IMG/VR virus record: IMGVR_UViG_3300013132_000058
Location: 1-57,556 of that record
Source of the DNA: a virus
Taxonomy: Duplodnaviria; Caudoviricetes
Length of the DNA: 57,556 bases
Reading direction: 5' to 3' (one strand)
Part shown: positions 40,124 through 50,429 of the stretch, piece by piece
Layout of the letters: each line of letters begins with the position of its first letter
Position numbering within the stretch: position 1 is the stretch's first letter
The notes under the pieces: generated by a model
Seen by the model: only the letters and a program-made list of their open reading frames with translations
Database searches by the model: none
Told to the model about the DNA's origin: nothing
Program-made: the position numbers and the translations under genes

Positions 40124-40134
40124 TCCGAGTTTTT
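40106..40134 (+). terminator. rho-independent terminator
   Basis: AAAAACTCGGAC-GAATA-GTCCGAGTTTTT, overlapping the stop codon. Confidence 0.8.
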
Positions 40135-40172
40135 ATTTATAACCATTTTATCAATCATTATATTTATTTCAT

Positions 40173-40622
40173 ATGGCTACGTATGGTATAGATTTTCCAT
40201 TCAGGGATAGTAACAAAGGAACTTTTTTGAGGATGACTAGTACACCAGAGAAAGAGGTTAGAGCAAATCTAATTCATTTATTATTGACAAGAAAAGGTAC
40301 TAGATATTTTTTACCAGAATTCGGTACAAGAATATATGAATATATATTTGACCAAAATGATATAGTATCATGGAATTTGATTGAAGAAGAAATAAGAGAA
40401 GCTATAAAAAAGTTTATTCCAAACTTAGACATTAATTCAATTACTGTAATCAATGCAGAAAATGATGATTCAGAATCTACAAGTGTTTCAGAACAGGAGG
40501 ATGATAGATTATTTAGAGTTTCGGATTTATCAACTAAACCATATACAGCAAAAGTAAAAATTGATTACACCGTAAATAACGGTGCATTTTCATCATCTGA
40601 TTTTATAATTATAAACATTTAA
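40173..40622 (+). CDS. baseplate wedge protein (gp25-like)
   Basis: GIDFPF, VRANLIHLLLTRKGTRYFLPEFGTRIYEYIFD, IREAIKKFIP. Confidence 0.9.
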   Translation: MATYGIDFPFRDSNKGTFLRMTSTPEKEVRANLIHLLLTRKGTRYFLPEFGTRIYEYIFDQNDIVSWNLIEEEIREAIKKFIPNLDINSITVINAENDDSESTSVSEQEDDRLFRVSDLSTKPYTAKVKIDYTVNNGAFSSSDFIIINI

Positions 40623-40623
40623 A

Positions 40624-42456
40624 ATGGCAAAAAAAATATCCTACTCAGTTAGAGATTTCGCGAGTTTAAGACAGGAACTTGTAAACTTAACAAAATTATA
40701 TTATCCAGATTTAGTTAAAAACACTAATGATGCGTCAATATTTTCAGTATTATTAGATTTAAATGCTGCGGTTGCAGATAATTTACATTTTCATATAGAT
40801 AGAGTTTGGCAAGAGACAATGTTAGATTTTGCACAACAACGTCAATCTTTATATCATATAGCAAAAACTTATGGATTAAGAATACCAGGGAATCGTCCGT
40901 CTGTTGCATTATGTGATTTTTCAATCAATGTACCTGTACGTGGTGATAAAGAAGATGAAAGGTATTTGGGATTATTAAAAAGTGGTGCACAAGTGTCAGG
41001 TGGAGGTCAAATATTTGAAACAACTGAAGATATTGATTTTTCAAATCCATTCAATAATAGGGGGGAACCTAACAGACTCAAAATACCAAATTTTGATGGT
41101 AATAATAAATTGATATCATATACGATTACGAAAAGAGAAGCTGTAGTTAATGGTGTGACAAGAATTTATAGAAAAGTAATCACTGAAATTGACCAAAAAC
41201 CATTTTTAAAAATTTATTTACCTGAACAAAATGTGTTGGGTATTGTCTCTGTTATTCATAAAGAAGGCACATCATTTGGTGCAAATCCAACATCATCAGA
41301 ATTTGATTCTAATGTAAATAAATGGTATGAAGTTAAATCATTAATTGAAGATAAAGTATTCATACCAGACCCCACATCTGTTTCTGATAGAAATAATTTT
41401 GTTGCAGGTAATTATGTGAATGTAACAGACAAATTCATAACTGAATATACTCCTGAGGGTTATTTTTTAATGACATTCGGTTCAGGTAATGTTGACCCGA
41501 TGGACAATTTAGATGATTATATAACAAACAATTTAAAAGTAAATTTGGGTTCATTTTTGAATAATATGTCTTTAGGTATGATACCAAAACCAAACACAAC
41601 TTTATTTATAAAATATCGAATCGGTGGAGGTAGAGATTCAAATTTAGGAGTAAACGTAATTCAAAGTATTGATAATCTTGAATTCAATGTATTAGGCCCA
41701 AATACCGCAATTAACTCTCAAGTTATACAATCATTAAGAACAACTAATGTGACACCAGCAATAGGAGGTGCAGACCAACCGACAATAGAGGAATTAAGAA
41801 ACATGGTCGCATATAATTTTGCTGCACAGAATAGAGCAGTTACATTAAATGATTATAAATCATTGATTGAAAATATGCCGTCCACATATGGCGCGCCAGC
41901 AAAAGTAAATGTTATGGAAATTGATAACAAAATAGTAATCAAAGTATTATCATATGATGAAAGAGGAAATTTGACAGACATTGTTTCAAGTACATTAAAA
42001 AATAATATCATAAATTATCTATCTGAATATCGTATGATTAACGATTACATAGATTTGGATAATGGAGAGGTGATTGATTTAAAATTAGAATTAGATTTAG
42101 TCATAGATAAAAATGTTTCTCAAACAGATATTTTAAAAACAGTGATAACTGACACAACAGATTATTTTAGTATTGATAAAAGAAAAATGGGAGACCCATT
42201 ATTTGTTGGAGATTTAATAAGGTTAATTGGTAATATATCAGGAGTAATCAATGTTGTTGAAGTTAGAGTATATAATTTGACAGGTGGGGAATATTCAACT
42301 TCTGAAGTTGCACAATCATATAAAGATGTACTTACAAAAGAAATACAACAATCTGATTTAACCATATATATGAAGTCTAATCAAATTTATCAGATAAGAT
42401 TTCCAAATAAGGATATTAAAATAAGGGTAAAAACATTAGGTACGACTACATTTTGA
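40624..42456 (+). CDS. baseplate wedge protein (T4 gp6 / baseplate J-like)
   Basis: RDFASLRQEL, DNLHFHID, YRIGGG..SN, AIGGAD, FAAQNRAVTLNDY. Confidence 0.88.
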   Translation: MAKKISYSVRDFASLRQELVNLTKLYYPDLVKNTNDASIFSVLLDLNAAVADNLHFHIDRVWQETMLDFAQQRQSLYHIAKTYGLRIPGNRPSVALCDFSINVPVRGDKEDERYLGLLKSGAQVSGGGQIFETTEDIDFSNPFNNRGEPNRLKIPNFDGNNKLISYTITKREAVVNGVTRIYRKVITEIDQKPFLKIYLPEQNVLGIVSVIHKEGTSFGANPTSSEFDSNVNKWYEVKSLIEDKVFIPDPTSVSDRNNFVAGNYVNVTDKFITEYTPEGYFLMTFGSGNVDPMDNLDDYITNNLKVNLGSFLNNMSLGMIPKPNTTLFIKYRIGGGRDSNLGVNVIQSIDNLEFNVLGPNTAINSQVIQSLRTTNVTPAIGGADQPTIEELRNMVAYNFAAQNRAVTLNDYKSLIENMPSTYGAPAKVNVMEIDNKIVIKVLSYDERGNLTDIVSSTLKNNIINYLSEYRMINDYIDLDNGEVIDLKLELDLVIDKNVSQTDILKTVITDTTDYFSIDKRKMGDPLFVGDLIRLIGNISGVINVVEVRVYNLTGGEYSTSEVAQSYKDVLTKEIQQSDLTIYMKSNQIYQIRFPNKDIKIRVKTLGTTTF

Positions 42457-42510
42457 TTTAATTTTTATTTATAATAATAGAAAATAACATTTTTTCTATT
42501 TATTATTATA

Positions 42511-45500
42511 ATGGTACAAAAGCATAGAATATTCACTGATATTGGAATTGACCAAAAAATTGTAGTTGAACTAAAACAGGACTATGATTTGTTGGAAGTT
42601 CTCTCATTAAAATTCACTCAAAAAGATGTATATACATCCTTGTGTTCTGATTACGGTGTCGTTGTAGGAAGAATCTCCGCAAATAATGGTTTAGGAATAC
42701 CAAACGCGAAAGTTTCAATATTCGTTGAATTATCTGATGATGACGTTAATGACCCAGTAATTTCCAAATTATATCCATATATAGAAGTTAGAGATAGAAA
42801 TGAAGATGGTTACAGATACAATTTATTACCAAACAAAAAACAACATGGTGGACATGTACCTACAGGTACTTTTCCGAGTCAATCCGACATATTAAACAGG
42901 GAAGAAGTATTAGAAGTATATGAAAAATATTACAACTATACTGTAAAAACAAATGATGCTGGTGATTTTATGATTTGGGGAGTACCCGTAGGAAGTCAAA
43001 GATTACACGTCGATATTGATTTATCTGATATTGGTTGTTTTTCTTTGAGACCTTATGATTTTATAAAAAAAGGAATAGGTGAATCAAATTTTGAAAGATT
43101 TTATAATTTTAAATCAAGTATAGACATTGATGGATTACCACAAATTGTAAGTTTTGATAAAACTATAGAGGTATATCCATTTTGGGGGAATCAAGAATTG
43201 TGTGAAATTGGCATAACAAGAAGTGATTTTGATTTATCTGATAGGGGTATATCAATAGACCCAATTACATTAATACTTTTCTCTTCATTTACAGACGATA
43301 ATAGTGACGCAATAAAACGAAATGGTAGAATAAGAGCAAAATCAGGTTATAAATGTAATCTACAAACGAATTCAGGAACAATAGAATGTGTAAGATATAG
43401 TGGTAATAAAGTTATTGGTTCTGATAATGTATCACTATATCCTGAATTAGAATATTTTAATATTACTGAAGTCATAGATGAAGATGGTGTTGCTATGGCG
43501 TTGTTACCCATGAATATGGATTATGTTTATACTAATGAATTTGGTGAACAAGTTGTAACAAATGACAAAAATAGGGGTGTACCGACAACATCTATTGCAA
43601 GATTTCGTGTTGGGTTAGATTTCAATGATAGAAAAAAAACCACAGCAAAATATCTTGTACCAAACATACGAGAATTCACACCTGATATTAATAGAGGGAC
43701 ACATAATCGAGCAGAATATAGTATGGGTATGTTAGCTACATATCAATTTTCAGATGTATTTGAAGATTATTTAACAGTTTTTCACCCAATAACTGGCTCA
43801 ACCTTAGACACAACTAATTATTCTCCTTTCGTCAAAAATCATAAAAAAGATTTGATGTTAGGTACTAACAACAATGGAATACCAGAGGATTATTTTTACA
43901 AATTTACATATGGTAAAGTATATACAATATCTTCTTTTCAAGGTACGCATTATGAAACATCAAGAAGAGATGCATTTTTAGGAGTAAAACAAATAAGACC
44001 AAAAATTGAAGAAGATTGTGCTTCTAAAGTAAACTATTTCCCAACCAATTTCGCATTCAAAAACAGAACTAATTTTAATCTTCTTATATCACAGATTGTA
44101 TTATTTTTTTTACTTATAATAAACACTGTATTTGTAAAATTTGGAGAATTATTGGGTGGGTTTGTATATACGATTGCAGATTTCTTTTCCAATTTAGTTA
44201 TTCCAATAATTAGAGTAAGGTTATTTGAAAAATTAGGTGAACAATTAAAGGATTTAGCATATAAAATACAAGATAGATTCACAGTTTTACTATCATTGAC
44301 AATATATCCCGATTGTGAAGAATGTTTGTCTGATGATGAATATGTTACACAAGACACATCATTCCAAAATAATTATTGTAGAATCGGAGAAGTTAAATTA
44401 AAATTAAATAATTACGAATCAGGTGCAAATAAATATGTTTTATTATATATAAAAAACACTGAGTCATCAACTAATTTTAGTAGTAGTGAAAATGACGCTA
44501 CCACACTATTACCGGATTTATTCCCTAATCAATCGTCAAAATCAAATGAAGGATTATGTGCAGATGCAGATACGATTAATTATTCAGACTTAGATAATCT
44601 ACATACCTTGACTGTATCAATACCAAATGACACAAATACATCAAGATATTTTGCAAACATATATCCAATTAGTTCATCTAATAGTGTAAGTTTTACTGAG
44701 TTCCTAATTTTTTTCAATGATGGTGTTAATTCATTTGATACAAAATTTATTGTGGATAATGGTGGTGGATTAATGAATACTTTTGGTTTAGGTAATGGAA
44801 AATACTTGGTATTTACTTATGATGAATGGAATGAATTGACTGGTATTGACTATGAGAATACTACTGTTGACGATACAAATACATACGCTGTTCTAAGAAT
44901 TGGTGATAGGTCAAAATTAATAGACGAACAAACAAAAGGAAATAATGTCGTCATAGAACAAGGTTGTCAGAAATATGATAAAGTATTTGATGAATCCATT
45001 GTTAGAACCTATTTGTGGGGGCAAACAACAAATTATGGTTCTGTTACAGACCCACTTAATCCACCAACATATTCAAGTGGTTATCAAGAATCTCAGACAA
45101 GACCTTTGAATTATAATTTATTATCAACTATCATTGGTACACAATCAACACAAAGACTACCATATAAAGTTACTTGGAATAAAATCGGTAATTCAACATA
45201 TGACCGAAGAACAAAATCAGGATTGTCTGAATTTAGAGATGGAGTATTTACAATAATACCATCAATAAATGGAGGTAGTAGAAATCTTATTGCAATAAGA
45301 GAATGGTATAATAGAAAAAGAATGAGTACAACCTTTTGTGGTGGTATTGTAAATTATTCATTTATTGATAATTGGTTACACGGAATACTTTATTTTTTCA
45401 AATTTGATAGAAGACTAAGATGGGATGATGAATCCAATTTTGATTTGAACCAAGGTGGTTCAAAATATCCAAGAGAATTAATATTCTATAATGTATTTGA

Positions 45501-46701
45501 TGATAATTTTTATTACAGAAGCACACCATATAAATTTACAAATAATGTTGGCGAATTTATCGGGCAACAATATTTCAAAGTTACAAATTCTTCACTTTAT
45601 CAAAAACAAATATTACATCCAACAACATTTTATGATTTAGGAGTTCGAGATGAATTTTTTTACGAAATATGTTCAGATTCAAATATAGACCCAAATTGTT
45701 CAGTAATTAGAGATATATCTAAAACTTCATACCAAGACCCAGCATTAATATTAGAACATGCTTTGAATTACCGATTAGACGCATCAAATGCAAAGTTTAA
45801 AATTGATGAATTCTTTAGTGGAACTGAATATGGTTCAAATATTAAAGTATTGGATGGAGACATTTTACAGTTAATATCAATCAATTGCGAATCAGGTATT
45901 GAAGATTTTGACTTAGATAGTCCCCAATATTTTATATATAACAATGAATTTATGGACCCAGAAAGTCCACAGTTCGCCTCTTATTTTAAGAGAAATAATT
46001 TATTTGGACCATTACCTATAGATTTTAAATTCGATGTAAATGGTGCATTTGTAAGAGGATGCCTTAATAATAGATTAGGAGATTTTTCACAAAAAGTTCC
46101 ATTTTATTTATGGGATAAAAAAGATGATGGTTTTGGTGGGTATGGTCTAATATCTGATACGCAAAAATGGGATAGACAAAATATTGCGACCATGAAATTA
46201 CAAAGAATATTTTCAATATCATCACATAATTCAACAACCACAAATTATTTAATGAGTGATGGAGAAGAAGAATATTTGTTGAAACCAATGACAATAACAC
46301 ACCCGACAATATCAATACAAGGTTCATATGAAAATATGTTAGAACGTATTGATGTAATTAGTTTATCACCACCTAACACATCAACAAATGGTGCGTTAGA
46401 ATATATTGAAGGAAATATATGGTTACATGTCTTATCATATGCCGGTTCAGATTTTAAAAAGACACCAATTACAGGTGATTTATATGTTGTTGTTAATAAA
46501 ACATGGGTCAAACAGTCCCAAGGATATGTAAATGGATTATTTGAAACATTTTTATTTCAAACTCAAAAAAATTATAGTGGAAATAAACAAGTTTTATCAA
46601 CACCATTTTTATTCTATTTTGGTTTAAAACCAGAAAAAACATCTTTTGATATTTTTACAAAATACTTTGGACCTAAAAATGCATTTATAACTGTAGACTA
46701 A
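42511..46701 (+). CDS. large baseplate-associated structural protein with an internal hydrophobic segment
   Basis: 1396 aa after the wedge genes; N-terminal GVVVGRI..GIPNAKVSIF..TNDAGDFMIWGVPVG (transthyretin/CarboxypepD-like); hydrophobic stretch at about 44074-44217. Confidence 0.6.
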   Translation: MVQKHRIFTDIGIDQKIVVELKQDYDLLEVLSLKFTQKDVYTSLCSDYGVVVGRISANNGLGIPNAKVSIFVELSDDDVNDPVISKLYPYIEVRDRNEDGYRYNLLPNKKQHGGHVPTGTFPSQSDILNREEVLEVYEKYYNYTVKTNDAGDFMIWGVPVGSQRLHVDIDLSDIGCFSLRPYDFIKKGIGESNFERFYNFKSSIDIDGLPQIVSFDKTIEVYPFWGNQELCEIGITRSDFDLSDRGISIDPITLILFSSFTDDNSDAIKRNGRIRAKSGYKCNLQTNSGTIECVRYSGNKVIGSDNVSLYPELEYFNITEVIDEDGVAMALLPMNMDYVYTNEFGEQVVTNDKNRGVPTTSIARFRVGLDFNDRKKTTAKYLVPNIREFTPDINRGTHNRAEYSMGMLATYQFSDVFEDYLTVFHPITGSTLDTTNYSPFVKNHKKDLMLGTNNNGIPEDYFYKFTYGKVYTISSFQGTHYETSRRDAFLGVKQIRPKIEEDCASKVNYFPTNFAFKNRTNFNLLISQIVLFFLLIINTVFVKFGELLGGFVYTIADFFSNLVIPIIRVRLFEKLGEQLKDLAYKIQDRFTVLLSLTIYPDCEECLSDDEYVTQDTSFQNNYCRIGEVKLKLNNYESGANKYVLLYIKNTESSTNFSSSENDATTLLPDLFPNQSSKSNEGLCADADTINYSDLDNLHTLTVSIPNDTNTSRYFANIYPISSSNSVSFTEFLIFFNDGVNSFDTKFIVDNGGGLMNTFGLGNGKYLVFTYDEWNELTGIDYENTTVDDTNTYAVLRIGDRSKLIDEQTKGNNVVIEQGCQKYDKVFDESIVRTYLWGQTTNYGSVTDPLNPPTYSSGYQESQTRPLNYNLLSTIIGTQSTQRLPYKVTWNKIGNSTYDRRTKSGLSEFRDGVFTIIPSINGGSRNLIAIREWYNRKRMSTTFCGGIVNYSFIDNWLHGILYFFKFDRRLRWDDESNFDLNQGGSKYPRELIFYNVFDDNFYYRSTPYKFTNNVGEFIGQQYFKVTNSSLYQKQILHPTTFYDLGVRDEFFYEICSDSNIDPNCSVIRDISKTSYQDPALILEHALNYRLDASNAKFKIDEFFSGTEYGSNIKVLDGDILQLISINCESGIEDFDLDSPQYFIYNNEFMDPESPQFASYFKRNNLFGPLPIDFKFDVNGAFVRGCLNNRLGDFSQKVPFYLWDKKDDGFGGYGLISDTQKWDRQNIATMKLQRIFSISSHNSTTTNYLMSDGEEEYLLKPMTITHPTISIQGSYENMLERIDVISLSPPNTSTNGALEYIEGNIWLHVLSYAGSDFKKTPITGDLYVVVNKTWVKQSQGYVNGLFETFLFQTQKNYSGNKQVLSTPFLFYFGLKPEKTSFDIFTKYFGPKNAFITVD

Positions 46702-48470
46702 TGAATAAAAGAAAAGTCATATTACCAACAAAAAGATACTTCAATGCACCCGAAGAAGAATTAAATACGTTATTAGAGTTAAATAATTCTCAAAATTTAC
46801 TTAGAGAAAATGACAAGAATATTATATTAAGTGTATCTGAATTATACAACAAGGAAAGAAATCAAAGTATTAAATATAAAATATATGGTAAAATAAAATT
46901 AATTTTTAGTAATGAATATGTTGGAACAACACAATATGATTACTTGAGAAATAATTTATATCTTCTTGGTGTTGGAGAAGCTGGCAATGATACTGGATAC
47001 ATACCTTATAATGAATTTGCGTTGTTTAGAAACGATACGTTGAGAGAAATAAATAATCCATCATCAGGAAACACAGTGATAAATTTTACACCTGATATTG
47101 AATTATTTACACAATACACGGGGCATACCACAATTACAAATATTGATGCACCGTATTATAATTGGAATGTTTATTTATCATATGTATATACATCAGATAC
47201 ACAATATCAATTATCATATACATTATCTAATAATGTTACTTATACATTCAAAGCAGAGGATGGAATACCATTTGTAATATCATCAGATTCAAGATATTAT
47301 ATTTTAACTACTACTGTTGAACATGGAATGAGTGTTGGAGAATATATTATTCTTAACAATTCAATTATAAATTCTTTACCTATTATTGATAAAATATTTT
47401 ATATTGATATAGTTGGAGATGAAACTTATAATTCAGAAAAATTTATAATTAAAATATTAAAATCTGAAGTTTCAAATACTATAACATTAACTAACAATAC
47501 TGTAATTTTTGGTAAAAGATGTTTGAATAAAAAAGATATTAATAATACAACCTCACAATATTATGTTCATAAACATAAGACATTAACAAATATCGATGAT
47601 TATATAATGGATAATATTGGTTTTGAATCATCTATATGGGAAGACGAAAAAAAATTATTATTTGAAAATTCTGCTGGAATTAACAATTATTTAGTTGAAA
47701 AAAATAGAATGGAAAGTGTATTGTTTGATTTTAAAAGACCATTTTATTTATCAGGCATTACTAACAATTTAGGGTATACTCCAACAGAAGTTTATGTAAC
47801 AATTTTATTTAGAAATAAAAACGGTTATTTTGACTACCCACCAAAAGTTGGTTATAAATTTCACTTTCACGATACATGGATAGACCAACATTTTGATGGA
47901 GATACATCAAAAGAAAACAATTTATCATTTACTCAATTTTCTAAAACAGAAAATTCAACAACATATAACTTTAAATCTGGAAATCAAATTTATGTTGGTA
48001 CACCTTTGATTGGAGGTTTTATTGAATATAATAATTCAGAATTTAAAGAAAGAGTTATAAGTGAATGTTACCATAAAATTACAATACCGACTGATATTTT
48101 TGATTACAATCAAAATGATAATGCATCTTATCAAGGAGCATCAAATACTAACATGTTTGGTTTATATTTTCAACCACATCACAAAGTAAAACTTAGACAA
48201 CTATCACCTTATATTGAAACTTCAAAAGTTGATAATGTCATCAATTTGCCTGAAAATGTAAAATATTTTGATGACGAAAAATTATGGAAATGGAGAGATT
48301 TATATGAACATGGATTTATTGATGATGAAGGAAATGGAACTGATTTCCCATTTGTCAATGACATTCATTATGTGATAAAGAATATAAATGTTTATTTAAG
48401 AAACGAAAAATTATATACAAATAAAGAAGAAGGTTTAACCTCATTTTTATTAAAAAGAATTAAATGTTAA
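46701..48470 (+). CDS. putative baseplate/structural protein (589 aa)
   Basis: Coupled start (TAATG), beta-rich composition, C-terminal WKWRDLYEHGFID...DFPFVN; no specific family recognised. Confidence 0.6.
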   Translation: MNKRKVILPTKRYFNAPEEELNTLLELNNSQNLLRENDKNIILSVSELYNKERNQSIKYKIYGKIKLIFSNEYVGTTQYDYLRNNLYLLGVGEAGNDTGYIPYNEFALFRNDTLREINNPSSGNTVINFTPDIELFTQYTGHTTITNIDAPYYNWNVYLSYVYTSDTQYQLSYTLSNNVTYTFKAEDGIPFVISSDSRYYILTTTVEHGMSVGEYIILNNSIINSLPIIDKIFYIDIVGDETYNSEKFIIKILKSEVSNTITLTNNTVIFGKRCLNKKDINNTTSQYYVHKHKTLTNIDDYIMDNIGFESSIWEDEKKLLFENSAGINNYLVEKNRMESVLFDFKRPFYLSGITNNLGYTPTEVYVTILFRNKNGYFDYPPKVGYKFHFHDTWIDQHFDGDTSKENNLSFTQFSKTENSTTYNFKSGNQIYVGTPLIGGFIEYNNSEFKERVISECYHKITIPTDIFDYNQNDNASYQGASNTNMFGLYFQPHHKVKLRQLSPYIETSKVDNVINLPENVKYFDDEKLWKWRDLYEHGFIDDEGNGTDFPFVNDIHYVIKNINVYLRNEKLYTNKEEGLTSFLLKRIKC

Positions 48471-48471
48471 T

Positions 48472-49281
48472 ATGAAAATATTAAAACCATTAGTTGATTT
48501 AAATATTGTACCATCTAATACATCTGATTATAGAATAGATTTAGGTTGGGTGGAATCAATGAATAGTTATGAATCTGAATTATTAGATATTGTTATAAAT
48601 GATATTGAAAATTATGAGACAGTTAGATATATTCACAAAAATTATACTTCAACCATAGATAGTGTTTCGTATAGTCAAAATGATATTTGGTATTATTTTT
48701 ATTTTTTAGATGGTAATAATTATGTTCAAAATTATGAAAGTGTTGGAATCACTAATTCTCAAAATTCTAAATTAACTAAACAATCTACAAATAGTTTTTT
48801 TAGATTAGAATTTTATAAAACACCAAATGATGAAATCCCTAATCGAGACAATAGAAAACTAATATTTGGAAAAAATTTAGATTTACCCACAGGTGAAAGA
48901 TTTTATTTGACAGCAGATAACTTTAATGATTTTGTTTTTGTACCCGTATTCATGGGTTCAAACTATAAAAATAAAGAAAATATGTATTTTTTTTGGTTTC
49001 AAGATGAAACACCATATGATGAAACCGAATTTACAGGAAATACATTATATATGACCGCAAAATTTTTTAATGGTGGTGATGGTTCAATTGTTGACTTTAC
49101 TAATAAATGTTTAAGTAGTATAGATGAAGTTGATGAATCTGAAGATATGTATTATAAAATTATAATCAATATGACTAATTATACATATGAAGTGTACGAA
49201 TTTGATGGAATTATTGGTAATAGAATCGGAATTAGAAGTAACCCAATAAAATTTTATGAAAAAGGTGGAGGAAATTGTTAA
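48472..49281 (+). CDS. putative structural protein (269 aa)
   Basis: Packed into the late operon; SFFRLEFY and YMTAKFFNG blocks. Confidence 0.6.
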   Translation: MKILKPLVDLNIVPSNTSDYRIDLGWVESMNSYESELLDIVINDIENYETVRYIHKNYTSTIDSVSYSQNDIWYYFYFLDGNNYVQNYESVGITNSQNSKLTKQSTNSFFRLEFYKTPNDEIPNRDNRKLIFGKNLDLPTGERFYLTADNFNDFVFVPVFMGSNYKNKENMYFFWFQDETPYDETEFTGNTLYMTAKFFNGGDGSIVDFTNKCLSSIDEVDESEDMYYKIIINMTNYTYEVYEFDGIIGNRIGIRSNPIKFYEKGGGNC

Positions 49282-50405
49282 TGGAAAAAAATAAATATCA
49301 ATTATTAAGAAAAAAAATTCCTGAAGTTGTTTTAGTATCATTGAATAGTCAAAATTGGTATGATTATCAAGATAAAATTATTCCTTGGTCGGGTAGTTTA
49401 TATATCGGACCAAACATAAATGATATATATTATAATGTAACAGGTAGTGTTGCAGTTGGTTATTACAAATGGAATGGTGATAAATGGAAAACAATCAACG
49501 ATACAAATTCTTATTATTCTTATAACATACCGATATTTTTAGAATCAAAAGTTGATGAATATGGAGTAATGGTTGGATTTGATGGTAATATTGAACAGGT
49601 AGAACAATTGGTAAACTTTTCATATACACAAATTGATAAAACAATAACATTGTATAATACAGTAAATCCTGATAAATTAAGAACGATAGTTGAACAAACA
49701 TATGATGTAAATTGGGGTGATGGAACAACATCAAACATAGATATCAATAGTGGTATCGTAGGAACTAATCTACCTGCAATAACACATACATACGTTAATA
49801 ACAACACATACACAATTAGAATTTCTCTAAACTCACCATGGAGCACTCAAATATTAGAAAAAAAAGTTACAATACCTCAAAATATATTTAAATACAATCC
49901 TTTAGGGACATTTTCTAATGTGTCTGTACCATCGTACACAAACGCAACAGGACAAACACAAAATTATCTATATGATTTAGATAATACCAATATTACAGGA
50001 TATACAATATCTGGATTCACATATTTAGCGATTGGAAAAAGTAGAGTACAAGAACTAAAATTATATGGACAGAATGAATATAGTGGAACAACAATTGGTA
50101 TAGATAATATTGGTAATTATACAGCATATACAATTGATGGTTTATATTATAAAGATTACAATGATGGATACACAATGATTACCGGAAGTACAACAGGTTA
50201 TACAAGAGAAGAAGTATTCAATAAATTAATTACACGTAATGAACATTTTTTAGGTTTTGTAGATGAACCTCAAATATATTCTGACATATTTGTTGATAGA
50301 AAAAAACAAAGTGTATTAGAAAATAATTTTAGATTATCTGAAATCGATAGTATTGGTGAATTAGAGGTCTATCAAAATGAATATTTTCAAATAAAAAAAC
50401 AATAA
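49281..50405 (+). CDS. putative structural protein with a PKD/Ig-like domain
   Basis: The ATG overlaps the previous TAA; YDVNWGDGTT...THTY....YTIRI is a PKD signature. Confidence 0.65.
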   Translation: MEKNKYQLLRKKIPEVVLVSLNSQNWYDYQDKIIPWSGSLYIGPNINDIYYNVTGSVAVGYYKWNGDKWKTINDTNSYYSYNIPIFLESKVDEYGVMVGFDGNIEQVEQLVNFSYTQIDKTITLYNTVNPDKLRTIVEQTYDVNWGDGTTSNIDINSGIVGTNLPAITHTYVNNNTYTIRISLNSPWSTQILEKKVTIPQNIFKYNPLGTFSNVSVPSYTNATGQTQNYLYDLDNTNITGYTISGFTYLAIGKSRVQELKLYGQNEYSGTTIGIDNIGNYTAYTIDGLYYKDYNDGYTMITGSTTGYTREEVFNKLITRNEHFLGFVDEPQIYSDIFVDRKKQSVLENNFRLSEIDSIGELEVYQNEYFQIKKQ

Positions 50406-50429
50406 AATTATATTTATAAATAAAACTTT

